Shown here: positions 33,771 through 47,540 of the stretch, one piece after another
Position numbering within the stretch: the first letter of the stretch is position 1
Layout: each line of letters begins with the position of its first letter
From: Polyangiales bacterium
GTDB taxonomy: Bacteria > Myxococcota_A > Polyangia > Polyangiales > Ga0077539
Length of the DNA: 64,000 nt
Reading direction: 5' to 3'
NCBI GenBank assembly: GCA_044229975.1
Contig: JBGARZ010000001.1
Span: 864,001 to 928,000 of the forward strand
Translations under genes and position numbers: made by a program
The notes under the pieces: model-generated
Databases searched by the model: none
Told to the model about the DNA's origin: nothing
What the model saw: the letters and a program-made list of their open reading frames with translations, nothing else

Positions 33771-34313
33771 TCAGCGCGGGCGGCAGCGGCCGCGGAAGAA
33801 GAACCAACCGGGCGGGCACGCCATGGGCGCCATGTTGGCGGGGCGACAGGCGCCGTTGATGAAGGCGTAGCCCGCGGGGCACGCGACCGGCTGCACGGGG
33901 ACGGCGACGGCGGTGCAGACGCCGTTGACGAGCATGGTGCCCGGAGGGCAGGCGACGGGCATGGGCTGCTGGATGGGCTGGCCCTGGGGCCAGCACCGAC
34001 CGTTGCTCCAGAAGAAGCCGGCCGGGCAGGCGACGGGCTGCTGCTGGATGGGCCGACAGGCGCCGTTGACGAAGGCGTAGCCGGCGGGACAGGCGACGGG
34101 CTGCGGCTGGGCGATGACGACGCACATCCCGTTCTGGAAGACCTGGCCGGGCGGGCATGGGCTGTTGCCGTAGGGGACGCAGCGACCCCAGCGGTTGCGC
34201 ATGAACCCCGGGGGACAGCGAAACTGCGCCGACGCAGGCACGGCGACGAGCAGGGTGGAGAGGGCCGCCAGGGCGGGAACGATGATGGATGTCGGGACTC
34301 GGGCGAACTTCAT
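33771..34313 (-). CDS. Secreted Cys/Pro repeat protein (7x CPxG-x4-NGxC-like units)
   Basis: Sec signal ending ASA-Q; seven two-Cys repeats joined by QPVA-type linkers; GGAGG RBS. Confidence 0.75.
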   Translation of the reverse strand: MKFARVPTSIIVPALAALSTLLVAVPASAQFRCPPGFMRNRWGRCVPYGNSPCPPGQVFQNGMCVVIAQPQPVACPAGYAFVNGACRPIQQQPVACPAGFFWSNGRCWPQGQPIQQPMPVACPPGTMLVNGVCTAVAVPVQPVACPAGYAFINGACRPANMAPMACPPGWFFFRGRCRPR

Positions 34314-34406
34314 GGGGATATCCTCCAGCGGGGCACTACGGACGGGCGGAGACAGAACTTCAGCGCGGCCTCAACGACTCCCCCCCAAAGGGCAGACCGC
34401 CGACCT

Positions 34407-36875
<2,469 letters not shown>

Positions 36876-36939
36876 GTCGGGGCGCGATGGTACTGCCCAT
36901 CGTCCCCGACTGACCACGAATGTCGCTGTCGCCGGAGCG

Positions 36940-37386
36940 CTAGCGGTGCGAGCGCTGCTTGTCCTCGCCCTTCAGCTCGCGAGCGCGACCCGCGGCCTGC
37001 ATCTGCTCGTCGCCGAGCACCTCGCCGAGCTTGCCCTGCACCGCGCCTGCGACCTCCTGCAGCTTGCCCTTGGCGCGCTCGACGGCGTTGAGCGCCTCGA
37101 CGCGGTCTTCGCCCTCCAGCTCACGCGCCCGCCCTTCGGCCTCCATGCGCTCGCTGCCGACGGCCGACCCGATGGCGCCCTGCACCGCACCCGCTGCGCG
37201 CTGCACGTGTCCCTCCACGCGCTCGGCCCCCTTCGCCGCGCTCTGCTGCGCCTGACCGGCGAGCTCCTTCGCGCGCCCCTCGGCCTGCATCTGCTCATCG
37301 CCCACCAGGGCGCCGACGCCCTGCTTGATCTTGCCGCCCAGCTCGGTGACCGCACCCTCGACGCGCTTGCTCGTGTTGCTGCTCAT
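36940..37386 (-). CDS. csbD: CsbD-family stress protein with three tandem CsbD units
   Basis: Three repeats of G..K..VG..VGDEQMQAEGRA.EL.G; GAGG RBS before the ATG at 37386. Confidence 0.8.
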   Translation of the reverse strand: MSSNTSKRVEGAVTELGGKIKQGVGALVGDEQMQAEGRAKELAGQAQQSAAKGAERVEGHVQRAAGAVQGAIGSAVGSERMEAEGRARELEGEDRVEALNAVERAKGKLQEVAGAVQGKLGEVLGDEQMQAAGRARELKGEDKQRSHR

Positions 37387-37444
37387 AGGAAACCTCTGTC
37401 GTTTGCATCCGCCAAGCACATCGCCCGGGGATGACGGACCCCAT

Positions 37445-37460
37445 CGCAATGCGTGTGCCG
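37445..37460 (-). promoter_or_regulatory. Candidate sigma54 (-24/-12) promoter for csbD
   Basis: Minus strand CGGCACACGCATTGCG matches TGGCAC-N5-TTGC with exact spacing, ~60 nt upstream of the ATG. Confidence 0.65.
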
Positions 37461-37608
37461 ACAGGAGCAGGAGGCGCGCGGACGTTGGAAATGTCGCGGG
37501 TGCGCGCCGCGCTGACGCTGCGGCGTGGGACCAGAAATCAGAACAGACGCGCGAGCCCATCCGCCGAGCGACGCCCCAGCGCGCACCTGTGGCGATCGTG
37601 CGTGTGCG

Positions 37609-39003
<1,395 letters not shown>

Positions 39004-39081
39004 GCGTCCCATCGTAGGGCCACCCACGAAGCGCGGGCACCCATCGACGGCGCGGTGGTGTTCGTGGTCCGCTCCGCGGCG

Positions 39082-39912
39082 ATGCGCCCACACCTCCCGC
39101 TCTCCCTCGCGCTGCTCGTCGGCGCGTGCTCGTCGCCCACGACCAACGTCACCGTCGATGCCGCGACCACCGACGTCGGCACCACGCCCGACACCGGCTC
39201 ACCGGCCGTCGATGTACCTCTCGCCACCGACGTTCCGCCCGCGGTCGACGTTCCGCCCGCCGTCGACGTCCCGCCCGCCGTCGACGTCCCGCCCGCCGTC
39301 GACGTCCCGCCCACGGTCGACGTCCCGGCCCGCACCTACGTCGAGATGCCCGCGCTCTCCGAGGCGCCCGTGCGTCGCTTCGACGCCGCGCCCGCCGCGA
39401 TGCTCGTCGCCGGGAGCGACTACCGCGCGACCGTCGTCACCGACGCCGGAACCCTCACGCTCGACCTCTTCGAAGACGCCGCCCCCCTCGCGGTGAACTC
39501 CTTCATCTGGCTCGCGCGCCATCACTTCTATGACGGCATCGCGTTTCACCGGGTGATCGAAGGCTTCGTCGCGCAGGGCGGCGACCCCAACACCATCGCC
39601 GGCGCCCGCACCACCTGGGGCCGCGGCGGTCCGGGCTACATGTTCGGCACCGAGATCGACGACACCCTGCACTTCGACGGACCCGGCGTCCTCGGCATGG
39701 CGCGCTCGACCAGCCTCAACAGCAACGGGTCGCAGTTCTATCTGACGCTCGCTGCGGCCGCACACCTCGACGGGCAGTACACCGTGTTCGGCCGCGTGCT
39801 CGGCGACGGCGCGCTCGCCGTGCTCGATCGCATCCAGCGCGGCACGACGGACGCACCGCCCGACGTGCCGACGCGCATCACGTCGGTGACGATTCTCGTG
39901 GCTGCTCCCTGA
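39082..39912 (+). CDS. Cyclophilin-type peptidyl-prolyl isomerase, lipoprotein
   Basis: Lipobox LVGAC; (VDVPPA)n linker; [46 protein letters not shown]. Confidence 0.92.
   Translation: MRPHLPLSLALLVGACSSPTTNVTVDAATTDVGTTPDTGSPAVDVPLATDVPPAVDVPPAVDVPPAVDVPPAVDVPPTVDVPARTYVEMPALSEAPVRRFDAAPAAMLVAGSDYRATVVTDAGTLTLDLFEDAAPLAVNSFIWLARHHFYDGIAFHRVIEGFVAQGGDPNTIAGARTTWGRGGPGYMFGTEIDDTLHFDGPGVLGMARSTSLNSNGSQFYLTLAAAAHLDGQYTVFGRVLGDGALAVLDRIQRGTTDAPPDVPTRITSVTILVAAP
39211..39330 (+). repeat. 18-bp tandem repeat (GACGTCCCGCCCGCCGTC), about 6.5 copies, in frame
   Basis: Units start at 39211, 39229, 39247, 39265, 39283, 39301 and 39319; encodes DVPPAV. Confidence 0.9.
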
Positions 39913-40906
39913 GGCGAAGCCCCTCCTTCACGTTGGCCTGCTCGGTCGCCGCGTGGTCGCCGGGGTGCTCCTCGGGCTCGATCTCGGGCGCGGCCTCCTG
40001 CTGCTTCGCGGTCTCCGGCATGTTGGCCACGTGCGTGTCGGTCTTCTCCTTGTCCTCGCCAGGCATCAGGATCTTGTTGATCTCCGCGCCGAGCAGCAGC
40101 GCCATCGTCGAGACCCACATCCAGAGCAGCAGCACGATGACGCCGCCGAGCGCGCCGTAGGTCGCCTCGTAGCTGCCGAAGTGCTGCACGTAGAAGCTGA
40201 AGCCCCACGACGCGCCGACCCACAACAACACCCCGACCACCGAGCCCGGCGTCACCGGTTGGAATCGCGGCTTCACGTTGGGAAGGAACTGATACAGCCC
40301 CGCCCACGTCACCATGATGATGAGCCCCGCGAGCGGGAGGCGAAGCCACTCCAGGGCGGTGCCGAGCGGGCCGCCGATCCAGCGGGCGAGAGCGGGCACC
40401 GCGATGGCGATGAGGGACGCCACGAGCGCGATGACGCCCACGCCGATGGTGGTTCCGATGGCGAGCAGGCGACGCTTCCAGAAGGGGCGGGTCTCGACGA
40501 CGTCGTAGGCGCGGTCGAGCGCCGGGATGAGCGACGCGACGCCCGCCGAGGCCGACCAGAGCGCGCCGATGAAGCTCAGCGTGAGCAGGCCGGTGGCGGG
40601 CTGTGACTTCAGCGCCGTGAGACGCTCGGAGACGATGGTGGTCACGTCGCGCGGCATCACGCGCGAGACCTGGCGGACGATGTCCTCGATGGTGTCCCAG
40701 CTCACCACCTTGCTCAGGACGCCCACCACGAAGAGCAGGAAGGGGAAGAGCGCGAGCACGCAGTAGAAGGTCACCGTCGCCGCGACGTCGTCGACCGCGT
40801 CGTGGTCGAGCTCCTTCACCAGCTTCTTGAAGAACTCCTTCCAGGGCATGTCTCGCCCTGGCCAGAGGAGCTTCGTCTTCGGTTGCTCCGTCGACTCGGT
40901 CGGCAT
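39878..40906 (-). CDS. YihY / BrkB family membrane protein
   Basis: AATVTFYCVLALFPFL, LWSASAG, LYQFLPN, YEATYGALGGVIVLLLW. Confidence 0.9.
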   Translation of the reverse strand: MPTESTEQPKTKLLWPGRDMPWKEFFKKLVKELDHDAVDDVAATVTFYCVLALFPFLLFVVGVLSKVVSWDTIEDIVRQVSRVMPRDVTTIVSERLTALKSQPATGLLTLSFIGALWSASAGVASLIPALDRAYDVVETRPFWKRRLLAIGTTIGVGVIALVASLIAIAVPALARWIGGPLGTALEWLRLPLAGLIIMVTWAGLYQFLPNVKPRFQPVTPGSVVGVLLWVGASWGFSFYVQHFGSYEATYGALGGVIVLLLWMWVSTMALLLGAEINKILMPGEDKEKTDTHVANMPETAKQQEAAPEIEPEEHPGDHAATEQANVKEGLRLREQPRESSPT

Positions 40907-41044
40907 GACCGCGTTTCGTGAGCACACCACGTACCGCCGCGCGATGCGGCCCGGCGACGGGTCGCGGCCGAGGCCGCTCGCCACACCTGTGACAAGGGTG
41001 GCGTGCCTTGACGTCGACACGCACAGGACATCACAACCGAAGGC

Positions 41045-41473
41045 ATGAACCTCCGATTGGCTCCGGTGTTCTTCGTCGTCGGCGCGGCAGCCTGTGGCAC
41101 GCGCGGTGGGTACGCCGAGCCCGGTCCGGCCTCGGCCTCCGCCAACCCGCCGAGCCCGCCCAGCGTTCAGTCGGGGCAGCCGTTGCAACCGTCCCCCGGC
41201 AACGGTGAGCCCTCGGCCATCCCGCCGACGGTCGGCCCCACCGGCAACAACATCGCCGCACCAAGCGACCCCGACACCCGCGCCGAGTGCCGCACCGACG
41301 CCGACTGCGCGCCCGCGGCGTGCTGCCATCCCGCAGCCTGTGTCGCGGTCGCCAGCATGCCCCGGTGCGCAGGCATCATGTGCACCGGCCAGTGCGCGCC
41401 CGGGACGCTCGACTGCGGGCAGGCCCATTGCGTCTGCCTCGGCGGCCGCTGCGGCGTGCAGCGACGAGGCTGA
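41045..41473 (+). CDS. Small lipoprotein with a Pro/Ser linker and a 12-Cys C-terminal domain
   Basis: Lipobox AAAC; ECRTDADC...CCHPAAC...CVCLGGRC. Confidence 0.7.
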   Translation: MNLRLAPVFFVVGAAACGTRGGYAEPGPASASANPPSPPSVQSGQPLQPSPGNGEPSAIPPTVGPTGNNIAAPSDPDTRAECRTDADCAPAACCHPAACVAVASMPRCAGIMCTGQCAPGTLDCGQAHCVCLGGRCGVQRRG

Positions 41474-41524
41474 GCGCATCGTCACCCTTGACGCGATGGA
41501 GGCCGCTGGTCTCCCATCGCCGCA

Positions 41525-43015
41525 ATGGCCCCCTCCGACGTCGGCGGTACGGACCGCGCGTGGCGGGCCCTGTCGCTCTCCCTCACGGCCCTCACCCACG
41601 GCGCCGCGCTCGCGGGCGACCTCCTCGACGGCGACCGGCTGTTGCTCGTTCGCAACCCGAGCCTGCACTCCTTCGCGGGGCTCGCCACGCTGCTCTCCGA
41701 CGGACGTGTCTTCCTCCGTGGCGCGGCGCTCCCGCTGCGTGACCGCTCACCCCTCGCGGCGCTCTCGACGTGGCTCTCGTGGCAGTGGTTTCGCGCCAAC
41801 CCGGTGGTGCAACACGCCCTCGGCGTCGCCCTGCTGGTCTCGATCGTCGCGGCGTTCGGGTCATTGCTCCGCTCGCTCAGGACGTCATCCGCCGCAGCGT
41901 GGCTGGGCGCCCTCGGGCTCTCGCTCCACCCCTGCGCCGCCGACCTCACGGGCCCGCTGCTCGGCCGCGACACGCTGCTCGCGCTGCTCGTCGCGCTCGT
42001 CGCGGCTCGACGCGTTCGCGACGCGGCCCCGTTGCGAGCCGTCGCCTGGTCGGCTGTCGCCGCGCTCGTCGCTGGACTCTGCGCGCCCGGTTCTGGCCTG
42101 CTCGGGCTGATCCCCGCGGCGCTCGCTTCATCGTCTCTCGCACGTCGTGCCGCCGCCCTCGCCGCCATCTTCGCGACGCTCGTCGCCCTCGGTGTCACCC
42201 ACGGCGTCGACCCGCTCCTCCCTTCGCTCGCTGCCCTCTCCACTGGCGCCGTCGCGACCCTCCTCGCGTGGCTCCCCTCGCCCACCGCCTTCGTCGCCGT
42301 CACGCTTCCCCGCGGCCTCGTCGTCGGCCTCCTGCCCTCCGTCGCGCTCGCGCTCTTTGCGTTCGTGTCGTCGGTCCGCGCGCGTGACCCCGACGCCGCC
42401 GCGCTCCTCCGCGCCGGGTCCGCCGCCGCGCTCGCCTCGCTGCTCTCCGCCGCTGCCTCCGTGCGCGCCTCCACCGCCGACGGAACCTCCGCCCTCCTCC
42501 TCCACCTCTCCCTCTCCCTCGTCGCGCTCGCCGTGCTCCGCGCCCAGGGCGCTACGTTCGCGGCCCGCGCCCGTCCGTGGATGCTCCTGGTGCTCGCACT
42601 CCCTGCCGCGCTCACCGCGCATCGCGTGCGTCAGTGGTCCACCCAGGAGCGGGTGCTCGGTGCGCTCATCGCGCGCGACCCCGACGACCCCGAGGCGCTG
42701 CTCGCCCGCGCGACGCTCGCGCTACGTCGCGGCAACCTCTCCGACGCCGCTCCGTGGTGCCTCCGCTACGGCGCGGCGATGACCACCACCGGCCGCGCCG
42801 ACGGGTGCGTCGGAGCGCTCGCCGCGGCGCGGGGCGACGAGCGTGCGGCGGTGTTTCTGCTGCGACGATGGGCGGCTACGCTGGACGACCGCCGGGCGCT
42901 GCGAGCCGCGGCGTTGCAGCTCTCGGACGCGATGCCCGACCCGCGCTTCGGCGTCGCGTTTCGCGCGGCCACGGGGTACTCGCTCCCGCAGCGTCGACCC
43001 GGGGAGGCGCGGTGA
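41525..43015 (+). CDS. Polytopic membrane protein with a C-terminal TPR-like region; distant TMTC-like (GT-C) resemblance
   Basis: DGDRLLLVRNP, SPL..LS, LHP, GRDTLL, QWS pattern echoes TMTC-type DD...NP / RPL / HP / GR / W motifs but is degenerate. Confidence 0.5.
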   Translation: MAPSDVGGTDRAWRALSLSLTALTHGAALAGDLLDGDRLLLVRNPSLHSFAGLATLLSDGRVFLRGAALPLRDRSPLAALSTWLSWQWFRANPVVQHALGVALLVSIVAAFGSLLRSLRTSSAAAWLGALGLSLHPCAADLTGPLLGRDTLLALLVALVAARRVRDAAPLRAVAWSAVAALVAGLCAPGSGLLGLIPAALASSSLARRAAALAAIFATLVALGVTHGVDPLLPSLAALSTGAVATLLAWLPSPTAFVAVTLPRGLVVGLLPSVALALFAFVSSVRARDPDAAALLRAGSAAALASLLSAAASVRASTADGTSALLLHLSLSLVALAVLRAQGATFAARARPWMLLVLALPAALTAHRVRQWSTQERVLGALIARDPDDPEALLARATLALRRGNLSDAAPWCLRYGAAMTTTGRADGCVGALAAARGDERAAVFLLRRWAATLDDRRALRAAALQLSDAMPDPRFGVAFRAATGYSLPQRRPGEAR

Positions 43016-44619
43016 AGCGCGGCGGGTGGGCGCTGCTGCTCGGCGTGTTGGGCGTGACGCTGGGCTGGGCGGCGACCCATCACGGCATCGACGAGTGGGG
43101 CAGCGCGCGGGCGCGCACGATCGTGGCGCTCGCCGCCCTCGGGTGGGCGTGGTGGCTGCGTGATCGTCGCCGCGACGGACGACCGGTCGCCTTGCCCGTG
43201 GCACACGGCGTCACGGGTGCCATCGCGCTGTGTGCGGCGGCGGCGTGGTTCAACTTCGGCGCCATCGGCCACACGGGGGGTGTGCACCGCCACGACGTCT
43301 TCCACTACTACGTCGGCAGCAAGTATCACCGCGAGCTCGGCTACGGGCTCATCTACCGCTGCACCGCCGTCGCCGAGGCCGAAGACGGTCACGTCCAGCG
43401 CGTGCGCGAGCGGATGTTTCGCGACCTCGCGACCGACCGTCTGGTGCCCGCGGGCGAGGCGCTCGCCGACCCGTCGGTCTGCCACGACCGCTTCACCGCC
43501 GAGCGATGGCGGGCCTTCCGCGATGACGTCCACAACATCCGCGAGGGCATCCCGGAACCTGCGTGGCGACAGGCGCAGATCGACCACGGCTACAACCCGA
43601 CGCCCGCCTGGAGCGTCACCAGCGGCGCCCTGTCGCGGGTGGTTCCGTCCACCGACCTCGGGCTGCGCTTCCTCGCGTCGCTCGACCTCGCGCTCATGGC
43701 GCTCGTGGTCGCGCTGCTCTTCTGGGCCTTCGGCTGGCGCGTCGCCGCCCTCGCCCTCGTCCTCTGGGGAACCCAGGAGCCCGGCAAGTTCACCTGGGTC
43801 GCCTTCTCGATGCTGCGCTTCGACTGGCTCTTCCTGCTCGTCGCGTCGCTCGCGCTGCTCCGCCGCGGTCGACCCGCGCTCGCCGGCGCCGCCCTCGGCT
43901 GGGCCGCCGCCATGCGTGGCTTCCCCGCGCTCGGGCTCGTCGGGGTGCTCCTCGCAGGCGTCGCCGACCCGCTTCTGCGCGCACGCTACGCCGTCACCCG
44001 CCGCCGCTTCGCGCTGGGCTTCGGCGCGACCGCCGTCGTGCTCGTCGCCCTCAGCGCCGCCGTCACCGGAACCTCCTCGTGGTCCGAGTGGGCCCATCAC
44101 ATCCGTCGCCACAACGCCGTGGCTGCGTCCAACAAGGCCGGCCTTGGCGTGCTCGTGTCGTTCCATCCCGAGCACCGCGTGGAGCGCGTGCAGGCGAGGC
44201 ACCCTGGGGCGGCGCAAGAGGTGTGGATGCAGCGCTGGTCGGACGAGGTGCGCGCCACCCGCGACGCCCGCAAGCCCCTGCTCCGACTGTTGCAGCTCGC
44301 GTTTGGCGCGCTGCTGCTCGTGGCCCTGGGACGTGCCCGTCGCCCGTACCTCGGCCTCACGCTGGCCATCCTCGCCGCCCCGATGGCCACGGAGCTCTCG
44401 GGTTACTACCTCATGTACTTCCTCATCGCGGCGGTGCTCGCGACGGCGCGCGCGTCGCTGGAGCGCTGGCTCCTGGGCTTCGCTGCCGCGGTGCAGGCGC
44501 TGATGGTGATGCCCGCGGTGGGGTGGTTCTACGACGACCGCTACCTGGCCATTTCGCTCACCTATGTGGTCGCGGCCGTGGCCCTGACGGCGGTGTTCGC
44601 CCGCCGACGACGGGCGTGA
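43012..44619 (+). CDS. GT-C fold (GT87-like) membrane glycosyltransferase
   Basis: GTGA-coupled to the upstream gene; HDVFHYY, YNPTP, RFDWL, MRGFP motifs; about 11 TM helices. Confidence 0.55.
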   Translation: MKRGGWALLLGVLGVTLGWAATHHGIDEWGSARARTIVALAALGWAWWLRDRRRDGRPVALPVAHGVTGAIALCAAAAWFNFGAIGHTGGVHRHDVFHYYVGSKYHRELGYGLIYRCTAVAEAEDGHVQRVRERMFRDLATDRLVPAGEALADPSVCHDRFTAERWRAFRDDVHNIREGIPEPAWRQAQIDHGYNPTPAWSVTSGALSRVVPSTDLGLRFLASLDLALMALVVALLFWAFGWRVAALALVLWGTQEPGKFTWVAFSMLRFDWLFLLVASLALLRRGRPALAGAALGWAAAMRGFPALGLVGVLLAGVADPLLRARYAVTRRRFALGFGATAVVLVALSAAVTGTSSWSEWAHHIRRHNAVAASNKAGLGVLVSFHPEHRVERVQARHPGAAQEVWMQRWSDEVRATRDARKPLLRLLQLAFGALLLVALGRARRPYLGLTLAILAAPMATELSGYYLMYFLIAAVLATARASLERWLLGFAAAVQALMVMPAVGWFYDDRYLAISLTYVVAAVALTAVFARRRRA

Positions 44620-44683
44620 CGTCGGACGGCCAGTGGGGTCTATCATCGCCCGCCCGCCACCGCCCCGAAGGAGACCCACGCCG

Positions 44684-45757
44684 ATGTCATCGATCGCCCG
44701 CCGTAGCCTGCTGCTCCCGCTCGTCCTCCTCGGCGCCGCCGCCGGGTGCAGCGATTCGGTCTCGACGACCGACGCCGCGGTCACCACGGACGTCCCGAGT
44801 GACCTCGGCGCTGCACCGAAGGACGCAGAGGTCGACGCGGGCACGATCAAGCCCGAGGACGTCCCGCCCGTGGCCGTCGACGTCCCCGCCACCGATGTCT
44901 ACGAGCCGGCGGTGGTGTCGGGCCCCTGCGACTCCTTCAACGCCGGCACCGTCACGGGCTTCAGCGTCGATGGGCTCAACCGTTCGTTCATGCTGACGCT
45001 GCCGACGGGCGCGACGGGGACGGGCGGTCGTTGGCCAGTCGTCTTCAACTGGCACGGCCTCGGCGACAGCGCGCCCAACATGAACCGGCTCCTCGCGGGC
45101 GAGGTGAACAACGCCACGATGCCGTTCATCCTCATCACGCCGGTCTCCACGATGCTCGGTCCGACCACCATGCCCCTCGGCCTGGAGTGGGAGAACCTCC
45201 GCGCGATGACACCCAATCGCGAGGCCCGCCTCTTCGACGCGGTGGTGCGCTGCCTCGACGAGCGCTACGGCGTCGACCGCGACCGCCTCTACACCGTCGG
45301 CTTCTCCGCGGGCGCCATCATGTCCGACCTGCTCGGCGTGCTCCGCGGTTCGCAGCTCGCCGCCGTCGCCAGCTACTCGGGCGGCTACTTCTCCAACCCC
45401 GACAACCCCGCAACGCTGGGCGCGCTCCGCACCTATCCCCAGTGGCCCAACCCCAACGCCACCGCGCGCTATCCCCAGCTCGTGATGTTCGGCGGCGAGA
45501 GCGACACCTTCAACCTCTTCGTGGCCACGGCGCGCTTCAACGTCTTCGCCGCCAACGACGTCGGCTACCTCAACGCCCGCCAGCACGAGGTCGTGTACTG
45601 CAACCACAACGGCGGACACACGATCCCGACGGCGATCCAGGGGTCGCGGATCGTGCAGTTCTTCGCGGCGCACCCGCGCACCGCGACGTCGTCTCCGTGG
45701 GCCGCCGCGCTGCCGACGGGCTGGCCGTCGTACTGCTCCTTCCGCGGTCGGTCGTAG
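44684..45757 (+). CDS. Lipoprotein alpha/beta-hydrolase (PHB depolymerase / esterase-like)
   Basis: AAGGAG RBS; lipobox AAAGC; VVFNWHG, GFSAG nucleophile elbow, GGESD, GGH. Confidence 0.8.
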   Translation: MSSIARRSLLLPLVLLGAAAGCSDSVSTTDAAVTTDVPSDLGAAPKDAEVDAGTIKPEDVPPVAVDVPATDVYEPAVVSGPCDSFNAGTVTGFSVDGLNRSFMLTLPTGATGTGGRWPVVFNWHGLGDSAPNMNRLLAGEVNNATMPFILITPVSTMLGPTTMPLGLEWENLRAMTPNREARLFDAVVRCLDERYGVDRDRLYTVGFSAGAIMSDLLGVLRGSQLAAVASYSGGYFSNPDNPATLGALRTYPQWPNPNATARYPQLVMFGGESDTFNLFVATARFNVFAANDVGYLNARQHEVVYCNHNGGHTIPTAIQGSRIVQFFAAHPRTATSSPWAAALPTGWPSYCSFRGRS

Positions 45758-45784
45758 CCCTTCAAACCGGTGTACGGTCGAGGG

Positions 45785-47533
45785 ATGCCTCGACCGGATG
45801 CCCGAAGAGCACCGCGCTGGACCCCGCTGCTGGTCGTCGCCCTCGCCGCGTGTGACCTCCTCACGGCGCGCCGACCCAGCGTGGCCATCGGCGGCGAGTG
45901 CACCTTCAACGACGAGTGCACGGCGCCGCTGCTCTGCGCCGCCCGCCGCTGCCGCGCGCCCTGTCGCACCGACCGCGACTGCACCAACAACTGGCGCTGC
46001 CTCTCCGCGGGCATCGTCGACAAGTTCGTCTGCTACGCGCCCGACGACCTCGACACCGCGTGCGTCTGGCCGAGCCACTGCCTTCGCGGTCGCGTCTGCA
46101 CCCCCGAGCGCATCTGCCGCGCCCAGTGCCGCGCCGACTACGACTGCCAGACCATCCGCCGTGACCTCACCTGCAACGTCGACGCGGGGGTCTGCCTCGG
46201 TCACCCGCTCCTCCAACCCGACGGAACCCTCCGCGACACGCTCCGCAACGACGACGGCCCCAACGTCGACCCCATCGTCGGATCGGCCGCGCCCGTCGAC
46301 GCAGGCACGCCGCCCGACGTGGGTTCTCCCACCGATGTCGGGATGCCTGCGGACCTCGGGATGCCCTCCGACCTGGGCACGCTCGCAGACACCGGCACGC
46401 CCCCCGATGTCGGTACACCGGCAGACGCGGGCGACCCGAGAGCCTGCGCGACGCTCACGGGCGGCACCGCCTGTCGTCCGGGCATCGACGTCGGCTGCAC
46501 GGTGACGTCGTTGAGTGCTCGCGGCGGCAACGCCTGCGCGCTCGTGAGCGGCGGCTCGATGCGCTGCTGGGGCTCGAACTTCTCGGGTCAGCTCGGCGTC
46601 GGCGGCACGCGCTCGTGTCTGTGGCCGGGCCTCGTGCCTGCGCTCACCACAGGCGTGTTGGGCATGGCGGTCGGCCAGGACTTCGCGTGCGCGCTCCGCA
46701 CGGGCATGGGCGTCTGGTGTTGGGGCACCAACAGCCGCGGTCAGCTCGCCACCGGCAAGCTGACGCCGAGCCGTGATGTTCCGTTCATGAGCAACGCGAT
46801 GGAGGGGCAGCCCTACGCGGGCAGCGGCCACGCGTGCATCGTCAATGCCGCGACGGCGCAGTGCTGGGGCGACAACTCGTACCGCCAGCTCGGGGCCCTC
46901 TTCGGAACGCGCACCGAATACTTCTCCCCCGTCGCGGTGAGCATCGCGGGTTCGGTGAGCGTGGCGCTCGGTCGCTCGCACTCGTGCGCGGTCTTCTCGG
47001 GCGGGACCGTCGGCTGCTGGGGCAGCAACGCCAACGGGCAGGCAGCTCAGATGATGTCGATGACCATGGTCAACATGCCCGCGGCGGTGACGGGTCTCGA
47101 CTCGATCGAGCAGGTGGTCGCGGGCGACAACTTCAGCTGCGCGCGACGGACGGGCGGCCAGGTGTTCTGCTGGGGCGACAACATGGCGGGGCAGCTCGGG
47201 CGGGGGACGGTCGCGTCGCCGGCGAGCGACGCGGTGCCGCAGGTGGTTCCGACGATCACTGATGCGACGGAGCTCACCGCGGGGCCCGCGGGCGTCTGCG
47301 CCGTGCGGACGGACCAGACCGTGTGGTGCTGGGGCGAGGCGGCGCACCTGGGCGACGGATCGATGGCGGCGCGAGGGGTTCCGGCGCAGGTTCCGGGGCT
47401 GACGGGGGTGCTCGGGCTGGCGGGGTCGGGGCCGTTGTGTGCGCGCCGCGCTGGCGCCGACGTGCGCTGCTGGGGCACCGCGCCGGGTGACGGGACCGCG
47501 AGGTCGATCACGCCCGTCGCGGTGGTCTGGTAG
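45785..47533 (+). CDS. Lipoprotein: Cys-rich N-domain + Asp-periodic linker + RCC1 beta-propeller
   Basis: Lipobox LAAC; ECTFNDEC...; (P.D.G.)n; about 7 CWG.N..GQLG repeats. Confidence 0.85.
   Translation: MPRPDARRAPRWTPLLVVALAACDLLTARRPSVAIGGECTFNDECTAPLLCAARRCRAPCRTDRDCTNNWRCLSAGIVDKFVCYAPDDLDTACVWPSHCLRGRVCTPERICRAQCRADYDCQTIRRDLTCNVDAGVCLGHPLLQPDGTLRDTLRNDDGPNVDPIVGSAAPVDAGTPPDVGSPTDVGMPADLGMPSDLGTLADTGTPPDVGTPADAGDPRACATLTGGTACRPGIDVGCTVTSLSARGGNACALVSGGSMRCWGSNFSGQLGVGGTRSCLWPGLVPALTTGVLGMAVGQDFACALRTGMGVWCWGTNSRGQLATGKLTPSRDVPFMSNAMEGQPYAGSGHACIVNAATAQCWGDNSYRQLGALFGTRTEYFSPVAVSIAGSVSVALGRSHSCAVFSGGTVGCWGSNANGQAAQMMSMTMVNMPAAVTGLDSIEQVVAGDNFSCARRTGGQVFCWGDNMAGQLGRGTVASPASDAVPQVVPTITDATELTAGPAGVCAVRTDQTVWCWGEAAHLGDGSMAARGVPAQVPGLTGVLGLAGSGPLCARRAGADVRCWGTAPGDGTARSITPVAVVW
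45895..45994 (+). repeat. Copy 1 of a 100-bp dispersed direct repeat (copy 2 at 50903-51002)
   Basis: Manual alignment gives 9 mismatches in 100 bp; both copies encode ECTFNDEC.APL.CAARRCRAPCRTDRDCTNNW. Confidence 0.9.
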
Positions 47534-47540
47534 GCGGGCG

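Noticed and set aside
39211..39330. 18-bp repeats as a CRISPR array
   Set aside because: No unique spacers, in frame within a CDS, and no cas genes.
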